Shown in pieces: positions 1 to 13,299 of a stretch of DNA of 64,000 nucleotides. The stretch's first letter is position 1. Each line of letters begins with the position of its first letter. Both the position numbers and the translations under genes were made by a program. The notes under the pieces were generated by a model, which was not told where the DNA came from, ran no database searches, and saw only the letters and a list, made by a program, of their open reading frames with translations. Source of the DNA: Perna viridis (lineage: Eukaryota); NCBI GenBank assembly GCA_037379345.1, contig CM074522.1, positions 5,208,001 through 5,272,000 on the forward strand, written 5' to 3'.

Positions 1-372
1 GAATCAGTAAAATAATTGAAAAATAATGAATCATGATAACAAACCCACACAAATTTGACCATGTGGGCACATAGTTTGTAGTCTATTGAAGACGAAATGA
101 GAGTTCGTTCGTCTTAGAAATGCATAGGATGTAGAAAAAAGATTTCAAGGTTACAATAGAATAATTAGAGAAAAGTGAGTTATCTCCCTTTGATGATGAA
201 CTTTCAATGCAGTTTAAATAATTTATATATAGAAATACTGTCTCTTGTAAGGGAAATGAACTTCTGCACTTCAGATAACATTTCCAATAAGATTTCATGG
301 AAAGACTTGTATGCTACTGCATGATTCTTACAGAGAATAGCACTTGGAATGTAGGTTTTTCTCATTGAAATA

Positions 373-857
373 CCCCAGTGCAGGTCCGGGTGTTAAAAGA
401 ATAGGCCTGCAGCAGCCCTAAGCTTGTCGTAAAAGACGACTAAACAGTGCTCAGAACCCTAGCCGGGGGCTACGGTGCTTTTCCCACAGAGCAACTGGGA
501 TGTGTGCCCCAGGTGGTGGAATGGGGTACCCCTGGCGTGTTACATGCTGGAATTGTCAGGCTATAATACGGAAAACCTGACCGCAAACCATCATGGTGCA
601 CCGTGTCGGGAAAGATGCCACGTTCCTCGCACGTTAAAGAAACATACTGTGGTATTCTCCCGGAATAGGAACCATAGGGCTCCGCCACAGGAGGCTAAAT
701 CGCCCAACCCTACCCACCTCTTCCTATTTCCAGTGGCAATCAAAATTTGTCGACCCCATTGTCCTTGTGTCCCATCCTTTTTTCATTTCATCATCATTTC
801 ATGTTCATTTTAAATATTGCTGCTCGGACGTTAAACCCCAACAAACAAACAACTAAA
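373..857 (+). mobile_element. Non-autonomous retroposon (SINE-like or bipartite LINE derivative), full-length copy A
   Basis: 12-bp TSD CTCATTGAAATA at 361-372 and 858-869. 3' end GGACGTTAAACCCCAACAAACAAAC with a (CAAA)n tail. Near-identical inverted copy at 48816-49329. Confidence 0.9.
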
Positions 858-2131
858 CTCATTGAAATAATTGATTGGGAAAAGTCAGACCTTTTGATGA
901 ATTTAAGTATGACGACTTAAATATGAACATTTCGATAAACGAACCATTTGTGGAATGGAAACATAGTGTTAGTGTATTTTGTATTGTATTTAAATTGTAT
1001 ACATAACAGAAAAATGATATACGTTGTTGTTAGTATTAAAAAAACATTTTTAGTTTATAACATTTTTTTTCCCAATGCACATGTGTTCTTGTTCTAAGTA
1101 TGACCTTTCTAACACTTGACGAAAAATGACTTTTCGCATTCGTCGCACAAGTAGAAAAGACACTCCTGGTTTGTCTTATGCGTCAACTTATAAAACATTT
1201 ACACTAGCAAAACGTTCTATTACCTGACTTACGAATGACATACATATCTAAAAGATGCCTTAATTTGACTACAGCAGTCAAGATGAAAAAAATCAGGACA
1301 AAAAGTCACCCGGATCATTTGAAGGATTAGAAAGTCTTTATCGGCATACTTCAAATTTGTTATGTAACATCTCTTACGCGCATAAAAGAGCTGTAAATAA
1401 GACGTTGAGGGAATTTATCTTAGAGTAAATATTTTATGTTCTATCATATTAAAATGACAGTAATTGATTAATTCGCATGTTACATTACATAAATGGATTA
1501 TACGGAATGTTCATCATTCACACTCTGTGATTGGCACAAAGAAAATTGTTTTAAAAATTTTATTATGAAGGTTTCTATTGCATAATCGGCTATCGACTCT
1601 CCACGAAAACAATAGCGATTTGATGGGAATCTTATAATCTTATAACAACTAGAAGGCATATATCTGATCAGTAACTTCCTTCCCTTTCCAGATCTTGCTT
1701 AAAGGTGTTAAACATTTGTTTGTACGTTTTAATGTGACCTTTGAATAGAAAAGGAACAGATATGGTGAAACGCAACAAATACACCATCGAATACCCTTTA
1801 TAAAAATAGTAAATACTTACTAACTAAGATAATCAAAAAGTCTTCACAAGTGTAAATACACCTTTAAGTACTCTTGATTACTCTTTACGTAAACTCTGAA
1901 AGGCCATGAGAACAGAAATGATAAACCCTAGAGTAACAGAAGAATGACACTTCTTCAAAATAAACTAACGAGTCATTTACCGTTTTATATTTCAGTTATA
2001 CGGTGGAGTATTTTATGCGTATAACTATGTCCGTCCTTCTTTGCTTTTTTAAGAAATAGAATAACTCAAATTTTGAAGATGACAAATCATCAGTATCGCA
2101 GAAAGTACGATAGGACCAGGCATGAAACTTG

Positions 2132-2220
2132 GGATATTTTTTGTGACGATCTTCCAAATCCGTGCTTTTGAAATCGGTGACCTCGCATAAGGACTGTCTC
2201 CATTTAATACCACTGGAAAT
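2132..2220 (+). pseudogene. Possible decayed signal-peptide exon
   Basis: ATG MKLGIFFVTIFQI, then a 1-nt shift to VLLKSVTSHKDCLHLIPLE, followed by a GTATGT donor. Upstream TTTCAG acceptor at 1995. Needs a frameshift. Confidence 0.2.
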
Positions 2221-2451
2221 GTATGTGTTGTCGCCTATGGTTACCTTTATACATCAGGAAAGTACATGCAATAGTTTAGAAAGTTTATATTATCAACAAT
2301 ACAAATTTTAGTTAATTAATATTTTAAAACTGACAGATTTAAAGTCTTTTTATCCTATTGCTGATGTATATATATATTTTCTGATTCATTTTTTTTTATA
2401 TTCCATACAAAACAACATCTATATCTTTATTTAATACTAAAAATTAATAAA

Positions 2452-3237
2452 AGAGTAATCAAGGGAACCAAGGTTATAGCGGTAATCAAAAGAATGTAAT
2501 CCAGGGACAAAGACCAGACATTGAAAACAGACATACACAACAAAAAACGTAAAGTAACTAAAATCATGCATACAATGTAACAAAGTAAATGAGCAACTCG
2601 AACTCCACTAAAAACTGGGAGCATGGACCAGGTGCACCGGTAGGATGAGCGTCCTCTGCTTTTCTAGAAACACCCGCCAAGTTGCTCATAAAAAGTCAAG
2701 TCCGGGGTAGACAAACGAGGAAAGGAAAACTATCACCCGTTGAATGCATCAGTTTTCATGGTGCTGATGGATACACCATAACGATCCACGAGTTCATGAT
2801 GACGACCATAAAACTTCTGCAGTGATGACTTCAATCTTGTAGCAACATAACCCTGTTCCAGAAGCTTATTTGTTATAGTTCTAGCGCGATACAAAAAGTC
2901 TGCGTAGTTCCGGCAAGGTCTGGCATAACGTATGAGTTGTGATTGAAAGGTCATCACGTTTGTCGTAAGGTTTGGTCAGTAGTTTCTCTTTACTATTGAT
3001 TTCTAATTGTAGGTCAAGATATCAGGCTGACTTCACAGTGTCTGTAGTATCCTTTATCTCAAGTTCTTTTGGGTAGATGCGACGTATCAAATCCCCGAAA
3101 TTAGGATTGTTTAAAGATAAAACGTCATCTATATAGCGGAAACTGAGATTGAAGGATCTAGCCAAACGATATTCTTTCTTTCTGATCAGATCAGCTATAA
3201 AGTCAGCCTCATAAGAGTGAAGGAATAGGTCAGTAAT
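2452..3237 (-). mobile_element. Penelope-like (Naiad-type) retroelement, 5'-truncated: RT C-terminus plus 3' UTR/pLTR
   Basis: Minus strand encodes FRYIDDVLSLNNPNFGD...YPKELEIKDTTD...QLIRYAR...LKSSLQKFYGRHHELVDRYG, then the 3' foldback and the shared end CCTTGATTACTCT. Confidence 0.88.
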
Positions 3238-3533
3238 AACACTGGAAAAATTGAAATTTCAAAAGAAAAAAAAATAGGAAGACAGGATTAAGGAAGTATA
3301 AGTATTCATTACACACAGAGAAGAAAAGTTTTAATCACACCCAGAAACAAATCATTACGAACAGAAAGTTGCAGCATGAACCAAAATAAAAGCAGTGTGA
3401 AGTTATTTGCGCTGGAAAACTAAGAAGTTTATTTTCTGATTTTTTTTATTTAAGGTCCATGGATAAATGGTTTGAGAGCTTTGAAGGCGCATTTTAAATG
3501 CCAGTAAAGGACAAAATATCTTGTGACCCCCAC

Positions 3534-4597
3534 ATAGTTCTAGTGCGATACAAAAAGTCTATGTAGTTTCGGCAAGCTCTGGCATAACGTATCAGTTGTG
3601 ATATGAAAACTCCATATGCAGGTGCTGAAGGGATGTTGCCACAGATGAAAGGACATTTGACAATTTTAAATGAAAAGTCATCGCGTTTGTCGTAAAGTTT
3701 GGTCAATAGCTTTCCTTTACCATCGATTTCTAAGTGTAGGTCAAGATATGAGGCTGATTCACAGTGTCTGTAGTATCCTTTATCTCAAGTTCTTTGGGGT
3801 AGATGCGATGTATCAAATCCCCGAAATTAGGATTGTTTAAAGATAATACGTCATCTATATAGCGGAAACTGAAAATAAAGGATCTAGCTAAACGATATTC
3901 TTTCTTTCGAATCAGATCAGAGCACAATTTGTTCCCGTTTGTTGAAAAACACGTCCACCACACTGCACAAATATGTTGTTGATTAAAAATGCCATCATTT
4001 TGTAAACATCTTCCTCTGTATATTTGGAAGATGATTTTGAATTATTTCTTACAAAGTATGAGGAATCTCTACCAAGACCTATATATTTGTATCTAGGTGT
4101 ACCATGTTTTTGGAAAAACAACGATGTATAATGTTTTTAAGTCGGGATTTTAACTGAGTATGGAGAATAGAAGTATACAGTGTTAAAAAATCATAGGTTT
4201 CAATGCTATTATATTCAGATAATAGTCTTGACCTGATTGTCCCCAAAAGATCTTTCGAATATTCCAGGATCAACACTGAATGAATATTACTACGGGAGTA
4301 ACAAGTATTGTGGTAGGACTGTAGACCCTCTTTGGCAGTTGTGAGCATGGAAGTTAAAAGTTTTGAAAGTGGTTTGTTGGTACATTTTGCAGATCCAGCT
4401 ATGAAACGTTGTTTGTATGGATTCTTGTGGAGTTTAGGAATCAAGTACATAGACGGTAAATTACAATCATCGTCCTTGGTAGAGAGACCAAAAGAGGATA
4501 GCACAGATTTATGGTTTTCCACAATCTCTTCTTTGGAGAATGTGGTAGCAGCATAGGTCTTATCACGACTATTATATTCTACGTCTACATCTGATAA
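3534..4597 (-). mobile_element. Penelope-like (Naiad-type) RT fragment, frameshifted
   Basis: LPSMYLIPKLHKNPYKQRFIAGS, YDFLTLYTSI, FRYIDD and LYDKRDDFSF...IPSAPAYGVFISQLIRYARAC motifs. Internal deletion near 3920. Confidence 0.9.
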
Positions 4598-5275
4598 TAA
4601 ATAAGGCATGTCAAGCAATAATGGAAGAATGGCCAAAAATGGATGGTTCGACACAATGCTCACATTATATTTTACGCACAACGGAGGTATGAAAATCTAA
4701 ATAAAGATTATTCAACTTGGCAACCTCTCATTACTAAATCGCTTGACCATAACAAAAGGCTATCTGGCGACATACATCGAAACCTTTATTCATATCTCTA
4801 GAGTTACAAGAACGTTTTAATATTCTAAGCACAATTGTATCAACAATAGAAGTGTATATTACTGAATTTCCCACGTGGTATGTACAACCGCAATGAATAC
4901 CAACTAGGTACAAAGAGTTGAATGATTTACTGCGATATATATACTTACTAGTATAAAGCAATATTAGAATCTGGTATTTCAGTCTTGTCATTGCCAATGA
5001 TATTAATTAACTAGATGCAAATATGTTAACTCGTCTGTCGATTTAAGAGTATATCCATTTACACAATGTGCTGCATAAATATTAGAAATATTACACCGAA
5101 TTTAATTTCATTTTTCGCTTTTTTATGCTTCAAACTCGTTAGTACTCCTTATCAGTTGTGAATATGTAAATTCGGGTCAGAGCGACATTTCTCTAACTTT
5201 CCTATCGTATACTTTACTCACACTTTTGCTTACTTTCCCTTTATAATTATAAATTTCTATTTCTGGTACTTTTAA

Positions 5276-5678
5276 AGAGTAGTCAAGGGAACCAATATTC
5301 TAGAAGAAAATTAAAATTAAAGAAATTAAAAGAAAATAATCCAGCGACAAAGACCAAACCGGGAAAACGGAGAAACACAAAATAGAACATAAAATAACCA
5401 AAATAATACATACAAAGTAACAAAGGAAAATGAGCAACTAATACTTGGAGCATGAATCAGGTGAATCGGTAGGGACAAGTGTCCTCTGCTTTTCTAGAAA
5501 ACCGCCGAGTTGCTCTTAAAAATTCAAGTCCAGGGTAGACGAAAGAAGATAGAAACACCATGACACATTGAACAAATTTATTATGGTGCAGATGGATTCA
5601 CCGTATTGATCCATAAGTTCATGATGACGACCATAAAACTTCCGTAGTGATGACTTTAATCTTGTAGGAACATAGCCA
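5276..5678 (-). mobile_element. Older Penelope-like 3' fragment
   Basis: RLKSSLRKFYGRHHELMDQYG plus a diverged 3' UTR. Confidence 0.8.
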
Positions 5679-5689
5679 AGTGTGAATTT

Positions 5690-5970
5690 TGTACTATTTG
5701 TTGTTATTTTCGCAATGGTCAAATAATATCGGAAATAAGTACCTGCAAACTGGAGGTGTTTTTACAATGTAAAACGGGAATATTTATGCCCGATAATCAT
5801 ATTAGTTTTGACGAATCAACAAAGAAATAACTGTATATTGACTTGAAATAAAAACAATAAAGGATGAGGCTTAAAACTGGTGTATTTCCGATTCGAGCTG
5901 AATTGGTATATCGATTTTATTTCTAGTCAATATAGTTATTTTCTTTACACTTCAAACATTATCATTTCTT
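5690..5970. mobile_element. Possible Crypton-like non-autonomous DNA element
   Basis: Internal inverted repeat: AAAGAAATAACTGTATATTGACTTGAAATAAAA (5821-5853) versus TTTTATTTCTAGTCAATATAGTTATTTTCTTT (~5915-5946). Confidence 0.35.
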
Positions 5971-7384
5971 AATCAGGTAAAATTTTTATACGACATGTGT
6001 TTTGTTATTTTTATTTTTTTATATTTCGTCCCTATTTGTGGCCTCCGATAGTGACACTACGATAAACAAGGGTAGGAAAGTAGGCGGAGCCTATATATTA
6101 TATACTGTCATTGACTGTATGTATATCACCATTAAATATACAGTGAACACATTTTGGTTGCTCAAATAGTACGGTTGTAGTATAAAAGGATTTGCGAACG
6201 CAAATTTGATACGTTAACGATTACTTGATTTAAGATATCTTTTATGTACAAAATAAAAATGAAAAACTACAATATTTTCTCTAAAATTTGTTATATGAAA
6301 ATGGAGTTTTCTATAGTTTTACAAATTTGTAAAATACTCACGATTCCGCATACTGCATCTTTTCGACAGTTTTCAGATATTGAAAGCAGGTTGAACACGT
6401 GCTTAGTTAGTTCTAAAGTATACGAATATAATATGCACAATGTAGCAGGAAGGGTCCACATTTACCATAAGTCATACGTCATCACAGAACATGAAGAGCT
6501 ACATGTTGAAGTAACTCACTTTTTCTTTCAAATGAGGACACAAAGAGTGACTAAAAGAGTTTCTAGAACACATTTATGTCAACATGGCGGCAAATAATTA
6601 AACAAAAGGGAGTATAAATGAGGTAAAACGTGCTTCATAAATGATTGTTTGGATTTTCATACCCATGTGCCCCCTTAAACTTATCACGATAAATTCAACA
6701 TGATATTCTAAACTGTTTTACCCAAACACTTACAAAGAACGTCGATTGACCTGATCAAAGTCAGATCCTCTATTTTCTTGAATGGGATGGCTAATGGTTT
6801 CAGATTATCCTTTCATCACATTGATGAAAAGTGAACATATAGGGAATTTTAATTACTTTCATCTTGAACTTGACGCGTTTACTTTGGATTGACAGTTGGT
6901 GTCTCCCTCATATGACCCTAACGGAGGCCGAAATTGTGTGCCTTCTTTTTCTGTGTTTTGTTACGTTTCGTTTGTTACTTGTTTGTAAATGGTTCCTTTC
7001 TTACCTTGTAGATGTTAATATTTTTACTCATTTATTATTCATATGTGCTTCAAAAATACATCAGTCAATATCCCATATTCCAAACAAACAAACTAACTGT
7101 TGTCTATTCGAAGCCCACCTCCACTTATGGCGCTGTACCTGCTTCAACTGTTTTGTTTTGTACGTGATTTTTCTTATATATAAGTTATATATAGATTCTC
7201 CCTCAGTCTCGAGGGGATTACAGGATTTCCACACTCGATATAGTTAAATTTTAGATTTTAACCCACGAGCTTTAGGGAGAATCTGTTTCTCCCATGAATA
7301 AAACCATAAAAAGTAAATAAAACAATACCCTAAATTCTCCCAACATCAACTACGTCATCAAGCCTTGAATGAAGCCTTTGAATG

Positions 7385-7622
7385 GGAGAAAATCTTATAT
7401 CACATATAATTCTACATTTTCATTTAATTATTTTGGTATACAACCCTTCCATTATAAATTCTACTATTCCGTCTTAAATACCACCTTTCTGTCAGTAATA
7501 GCACCCGCTCCAAACACGAACTTAATAATATTCAGTAATATATATCATTTTATGTCATTCATGTGGTAATCTAGCATACAACCCTCGACTGCAGGCAGTA
7601 TATGTAAAATAACTCATTATTT
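7385..7622 (-). mobile_element. Crypton-like non-autonomous element end, related to 37270-37790
   Basis: Reverse complement TAATGAGTTATTTTACATATACTGCCTGCAGTCGAGGGT resembles TAATGAATG...CATATAGCCTGCAGTAGAGGGT at ~37273-37317. Confidence 0.4.
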
Positions 7623-7644
7623 TAATATGTATTAATATACTTAA

Positions 7645-7763
7645 ATTATGATTTAAAATATATTTGTTTCATAATTTATAATATATTTTGTTTATGATTT
7701 AAAATATATTTAACTCATAATTTATAACATATTTAATTCATAATTTATAACATATTTAATTCA
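7645..7763. repeat. AT-rich minisatellite
   Basis: Repeated TCATAATTTATAACATATTTAAT (~23 bp) and TTATGATTTAAAATATATTT units. Confidence 0.75.
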
Positions 7764-7903
7764 AGGGATTGTTTGAAACCTTAACTTTTTTTGTATAACT
7801 GACATCAAGCTTGACTGAATTGCATTACCTTGGTGCTATTGTACACAATGTGTGCTTTAGTTTATGAAGAAACTATTTCTTTGTAACTGTCATCGGTATA
7901 TGT

Positions 7904-8125
7904 CTACACAGACAAATATTTTTCACGTGAAATTCATGTTAATCGAGCTTCACATGAAATTAACATGATTTTCATGTGAAATTCACTAAACACGTGAATT
8001 TTCACGTGAAGGCTCCATTCACCCGAATTTCACGTGAATTCTGTCACTTAGTTTATTTGCTCAATTCAGAGGAAAATCATGTAAAATTCGTTTGAAAATC
8101 ATGTGAAATAATTTTGCCTGTGTAG
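7904..8125. mobile_element. MITE with TIRs and internal TTCACGTGAA palindrome array
   Basis: TIR CTACACAGACAAATATT versus AATTTTGCCTGTGTAG. Many internal TTCAC(G/A)TGAA units. No clear TSD. Confidence 0.75.
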
Positions 8126-10779
8126 CAAATACCATGTTTTGACTAAGTCATTTTATATCTGAAATTAGCAATTACTTTGTTTCTTATTCCCATATATAAC
8201 AAATTGTGTTTATATCAATTTTAGTTTGCAGTGTCATAAAAAATACTTGACATGATATCATTACATAAAAAAAATGTTAAGTGTCAGTCCCTGTAAGAAT
8301 CCGGCAGTAGTTGAAAAGTTGAAACATGGTTTAAAAAAAAAAACATCATTTTGATTGTGTAATTTGACTATTTGACGAATTAGAATCAAGGAAAACAGAC
8401 AAGATGTTCCATATCATACTAGACCACTGAGTTACAATTTCATTGAAATGCACTGAAAACGAACATTTTAAGGGCAGATAACTCTGTCAAAAATCTCATT
8501 TGTTAACATTCTATTGAAAATTTCTGAGCAAAGTCAGTGATGCATAGATCAATTAACGGTCTTTTCAAATAGAGAAAATATCCTTGAGTGATATAAACAT
8601 TGTCAGATTTGTAGGGTTTTGACATGCATTTTTCTGATTTTTCCAATTTTGCCTGATTATTTAAAAAAACTTATACTTAAGAAACCCATAATAAACAATT
8701 TTCCAATACATACTTCAAAACAAACGATGGATTAAATGTTTGCAATCGAAAACAAAGCCTGTTTGCGGGTTTCAAATCAATGGATCAATCAAAAAAGCAG
8801 GGGCATGAATCTTGTACTTCCTTAGGGTGAGCGTAAACTGGAATTATCAGACGAAAGATAAATTCTTTCATAGAACATATAGACATATAGTCATCCATAT
8901 CATATTAGTAAATGTAAAAGTCGTCAGTATAATTTGACGCCAATTCCATTACAAGTAACATATAACAACTAAATTATTGTATGTAAATATAAAATGATTC
9001 AGAAAAGATAAGGAGATATTTTGAGACAAGTAAGGGTTACAAAATCGTTCGTGGTGCAAATAGTTTTCCTGCATGATAGGCAGTGATATACATTTTTCAT
9101 CCCTTTATACATAGCTGTATAATAGTTACCAGCTGACCAAACATAACTCCATTAAATATGACAACATGGGCATTTATAGATATATGATAAGTATGGGCTG
9201 TTATCACTAAAGTGCAAATGCTAGTACAGCCTTTAAATTGTTACATGTACATTTTCTAATTCACATTAACACCACATTTCTTAGTCCACAAACATTGTGG
9301 GTCTAGATGTGAAATTAAATCCATTGCATTTACCATATGAAAACTGAAGTGAAGGACAAAACAGATACTTTTAAGTCTCACATCATGATATTAATCAAAT
9401 ATTAAACAAAAGAGGCAAAAAAATTATTATGCTTTTTTGGAAAAGGATGTTCGTATTGTCAAATTTCCATTTACCTTTCGCATTGATATCATTTGTATAT
9501 CCAGGCTATATATAAAATATCATTTGTTTATTCGTAAAAATTGTCTTATTCTGTATATAGCCCTTTTTGTCTCACTTAGTCCGTGCTATACAGATCTGTC
9601 TGTTCTTTGGTTGCTCACTAACTATTAAATAATGTTTGTCATTTGGTTTCCCTTAGTTTCTTTGTTTTGCTTATGGTATCTCTCTGCACTTGATATGCAT
9701 AAATGAAGTAAAATTAAACGTACGATACTTATGATATTTTGACAGGTGAGAAATGTAAATGAAAATGTTATGTTTTAATGCAAACTGCACATGCGTGCGA
9801 TTGCAAAGCGATTTTGTCGGTGAATGATATAGGTGTATTTGACATACACAAAATTAGAGGAACGAATAAATATGTTTCTTTAAAATTTCTACCCCATAAG
9901 CGTGAAATTATTTGTCAAAGAACACTCCTCAAAATAGATATCTACAAGGCAAAATAAAACCTTACAATGATAATTTAATTGAGGTTTTTTTTTTATAGAA
10001 TTTGCATGCAGACATTTAAATGTATAATTGACTTAGGCAATTTATAAGCCGTTAGAATGGAACGGAAATAAGGAGAACAAAAAGACGTGAAACGGCACTC
10101 AACATCAGACATCAACAATTAAAATAGGAAGCTTTATAGTCATTCACGCAACATAGAGGAATAAATGGCATTTATAGGGAAAGATCACGACATTTTCCTT
10201 AAGCATGTTGTCATTTTGGTTCATACTTTTTTGCAGGTATGCATATCTAGTAAAAATGAAGCAATCTTCCTATAAATGAATCTCTCCAATAAAGGGTTCC
10301 GATTTAAATTTAAGATGTATGGCTACTTGCCATTTAATTACATGGTCAAGACCTTTATAGTGAAATAGGGTAATATTTATTTCGTCATTATTTTTTTTTA
10401 TTTATATACTTTTTCGCTTTAATAACAAAGTCTAACAAAACAAACACATTTATGGTAGATTACAATTGTTAGATATTATTGTCTTTTACGCCTCAATAAT
10501 ATTCAATACATCAAGAAAAAAAAAACATGTTCTATTTACCCTGAAGCATCGGTGGCATAGGTACCCCCCCCCCCCCCGCCTTTTTGTCCATAACTCATGT
10601 CCTACTACACTTATTATACTCATAGTGGTATTAATTCAATGTGGATCATGAAAAGTTCGAAAGATCTTTTGGAAACCCACAATTCAAGGTTAATTATCAG
10701 AATACAACAACCTATAATTTTTCATCACTTTAAACTTTTATTCCCCTCACCCAGTTAAAAGCCCGAATCAAAAACATTA

Positions 10780-11139
10780 TACATCGTTCTTACTCCAAAA
10801 CAGAAGGAAAAACTAAATTCAGATATGTAGTACTTGGTAGAGATTCCTCATACTTTGTAAAGCACGATTTCAAATCATTTTCCAAATATACGGAAGAAGA
10901 TGTTTTCAAAATGCTGGAATTTTTGATCGACGACATATTTGTCCAGTTCTAAAAAGAACGGGACACTTGCCAATGGTCCATGCTTACAGTTTGTTAGTGG
11001 AGTCCTAGTTGCCCATTTAGTTTTGTTGCTTTGTACGTATCATTTTGGTTATCTTGAGTTCTTTGTTATGTGTGTTTATTTTCTCTATCTGGTCTTTATC
11101 CCTGAATTTCATTCTTTTTATTTCCGCTAGGATCTTGGT
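10780..11139 (+). mobile_element. Old Penelope-like fragment: RT middle fused to 3' UTR
   Basis: RYVVLGRDSSYFVK...KYTEEDVFKMLEFLIDDIFVQF is joined directly to a diverged 3' UTR. Confidence 0.75.
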
Positions 11140-11178
11140 AAACATTAAAAACAAACACTTTGATATTGTTATTTCTGG

Positions 11179-11537
11179 AAGAGTAATCAAGGGAACCAAG
11201 GTTATAGCGGTAATCAAAAGAATGTAATCCAGGGACAAAGGCCAGACATGGAAAACAGACATACATAACAAAGAACATCAAGCAACTAAAATCATACATA
11301 CAAAGTAACAAAAGCAAATGAGCAACTCGGACTCCACTAAAAACTGGGAGCATGGACCAGGTACACCGGTAGGGAAAGCGTCCTCTGCTTTTCTAGAAAC
11401 ACCCGCCGAGCTGCTCATAAAGGGTCAAGTCCGGGGTAGGCAAATGAGGAAAGGAAAACTATGACCCGTTGAATAAATCAGTTTTCATGATGCTGATGGA
11501 TACACCATAATGATCCACGAGTTCATGATGGCGACCA
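11179..11537 (-). mobile_element. Penelope-like 3' fragment (young)
   Basis: GRHHELVDHYG...FNGS* plus the complete 3' UTR and shared end. Confidence 0.9.
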
Positions 11538-11564
11538 AATGGAAGTTATGAGGTATACTTGGAT

Positions 11565-11720
11565 AATGCAATTAAATCACTGCGTTTTCTTTAATCATGT
11601 GCCACACCTTATACTCATTTCGTCTGATTTGTAGATAGTACTTAAAACCGCATGGTTTCACAAATATGTTTTCAGAACGTCAAGTTGTTTCTAAGCATTT
11701 TACAAAGAATAAAAACATAC
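11565..11720 (+). repeat. Interspersed repeat (probable MITE), related to 58445-58640 and ~62090-62130
   Basis: GCAAT(T)AAATC...CATGTGCCACACCTTATAC(T/A)CATTT is shared with 58446. CACATTTTGCATGATTCTTAG is shared between 58488 and 62098. Confidence 0.6.
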
Positions 11721-13299
11721 ACTCAACTTTATTATGAGAAATTATGTGAAATTATAACAAAAATTGTAAAGATTATGATCGTCATTTAATTTGTGTAGAG
11801 CACCATAAGCATGATCAAATCTTCATCGTCATTCTTTAATTATGGTTGATCAATTTTATTATACAGAGAAGATAAAACATATGAGATAAAATAACTAATA
11901 AACAATAAAAATAAATAAAAGATATTTTGATCTTTTTAAACGGTGTAAAATAAGCATTCTTGAGTCTGTTTTAATTTGCTGTTGAAATGACACTTTTAAA
12001 GGTTCAGCAAAATGGCCATCAATGTATATCCTTAGTACATAAACTATATAGACTAACAAAAAATCAAAATCACAATAGATTTATAGAGACTAGAGATTTG
12101 AGACTTAGGAGTTGAACCATTTTGAAGGGTCCTATTTCTTCTTCCCTAGTAAATATAGGTAATAAAACACACAGTATCACAGTATACTACTCAATTTGAA
12201 AGAAACCATAGTTTTATTGTTATATTGGGAATATGAAACGAAATGCATTAGACAAGCAATTAAACAATAAACACGGGAAAAATGGCAGACCCTATTCAAA
12301 AGGTTGAAGGTATTTTGCACCACGGTATAAACGCCAAACACAATCCTTCCTATTTTCTGTTTGAGTACACGATATCGTTAACAGTATAAGGAAAGCATTA
12401 CGCGTGATATACCAATTGTCTCGTATTAAATATTACTTAGGTGTCTTCGGTAATTTTGTTTTTTGGGAGGGGGAGGGTGGTGTTGGTTTTTTATATAGAA
12501 AAATATTGATTTTCTAGTAGCATCGAATAACATACTGTATTCGGTATTAAAAACTCTTTCGAGTTAGCTGTGCGATTATAACCTCTTAAAGGTTTACATC
12601 ATTTTTGATCCTACTGGGAATTCGAAACAATCACCATCTCCGAATGATTTCTTCAGACTCAGACTAAGTCTAATATCATTATGACAAAATGAATAGAAGC
12701 ATTTAATTAAAAATTGTCTAAAGTCTTGTCCTTGTCTGGACGAGATTTGATAAACTTAAATTTATTGCGTACTTGTCCGTGATTTCAATTTCGTATTTTA
12801 ATTTAATAATACAGACTGATTTGATTGTTATCTTGATATATATAGTAGCTGTTAATATAAGACCCATACAAGGGTGATTCACGGAACGAAAGATCAAACT
12901 TTTTAATATTTGTATTGTAGAGAAAAATGCATTGAAATATTTATTTTCAACAATAGTGTTATAATTCCTTTCTTTTTGTATGCAGATATCAATTAAAGCA
13001 AGTGGAATGATCTATTATTTTCCTTCCAAGGGCAATAAGATGGCTGAATTGATGTATCGGGAGATACATGTAGTAGTTGTTAATCAAAGTTACATGTACT
13101 GTTGATTTGTGGATCGTAAGAGCATTTTCCATATAGTAAAATGTTGTTAAAATGCTTTGAAATATTTAATATCAACAATAGTTCAATTTGTTTTCCATTA
13201 ATGACAAGATCAATCGAAACCATAATTTGTTTTTTAATGATGTGAAAAGTGCTCCAAATCCCAAAATATGGTATTCAATATTCATTTCATAAAGTCTTT

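Noticed and set aside
475-813. 112-aa ORF and its 122-aa counterpart at 48831-49199
   Set aside because: Both lie inside the non-autonomous retroposon, have different ends and show no recognisable domain.
6745-6830. DIRS-like fragment (FLNGMANGFRLSF)
   Set aside because: Too short, with no supporting motifs nearby.
11096-11353. Recurrent MLPVFSGVRVAHLL / MSNSAGVS ORFs resembling a membrane peptide family
   Set aside because: They are translations of the T-rich retroelement 3' UTR, and frames are not conserved between copies.
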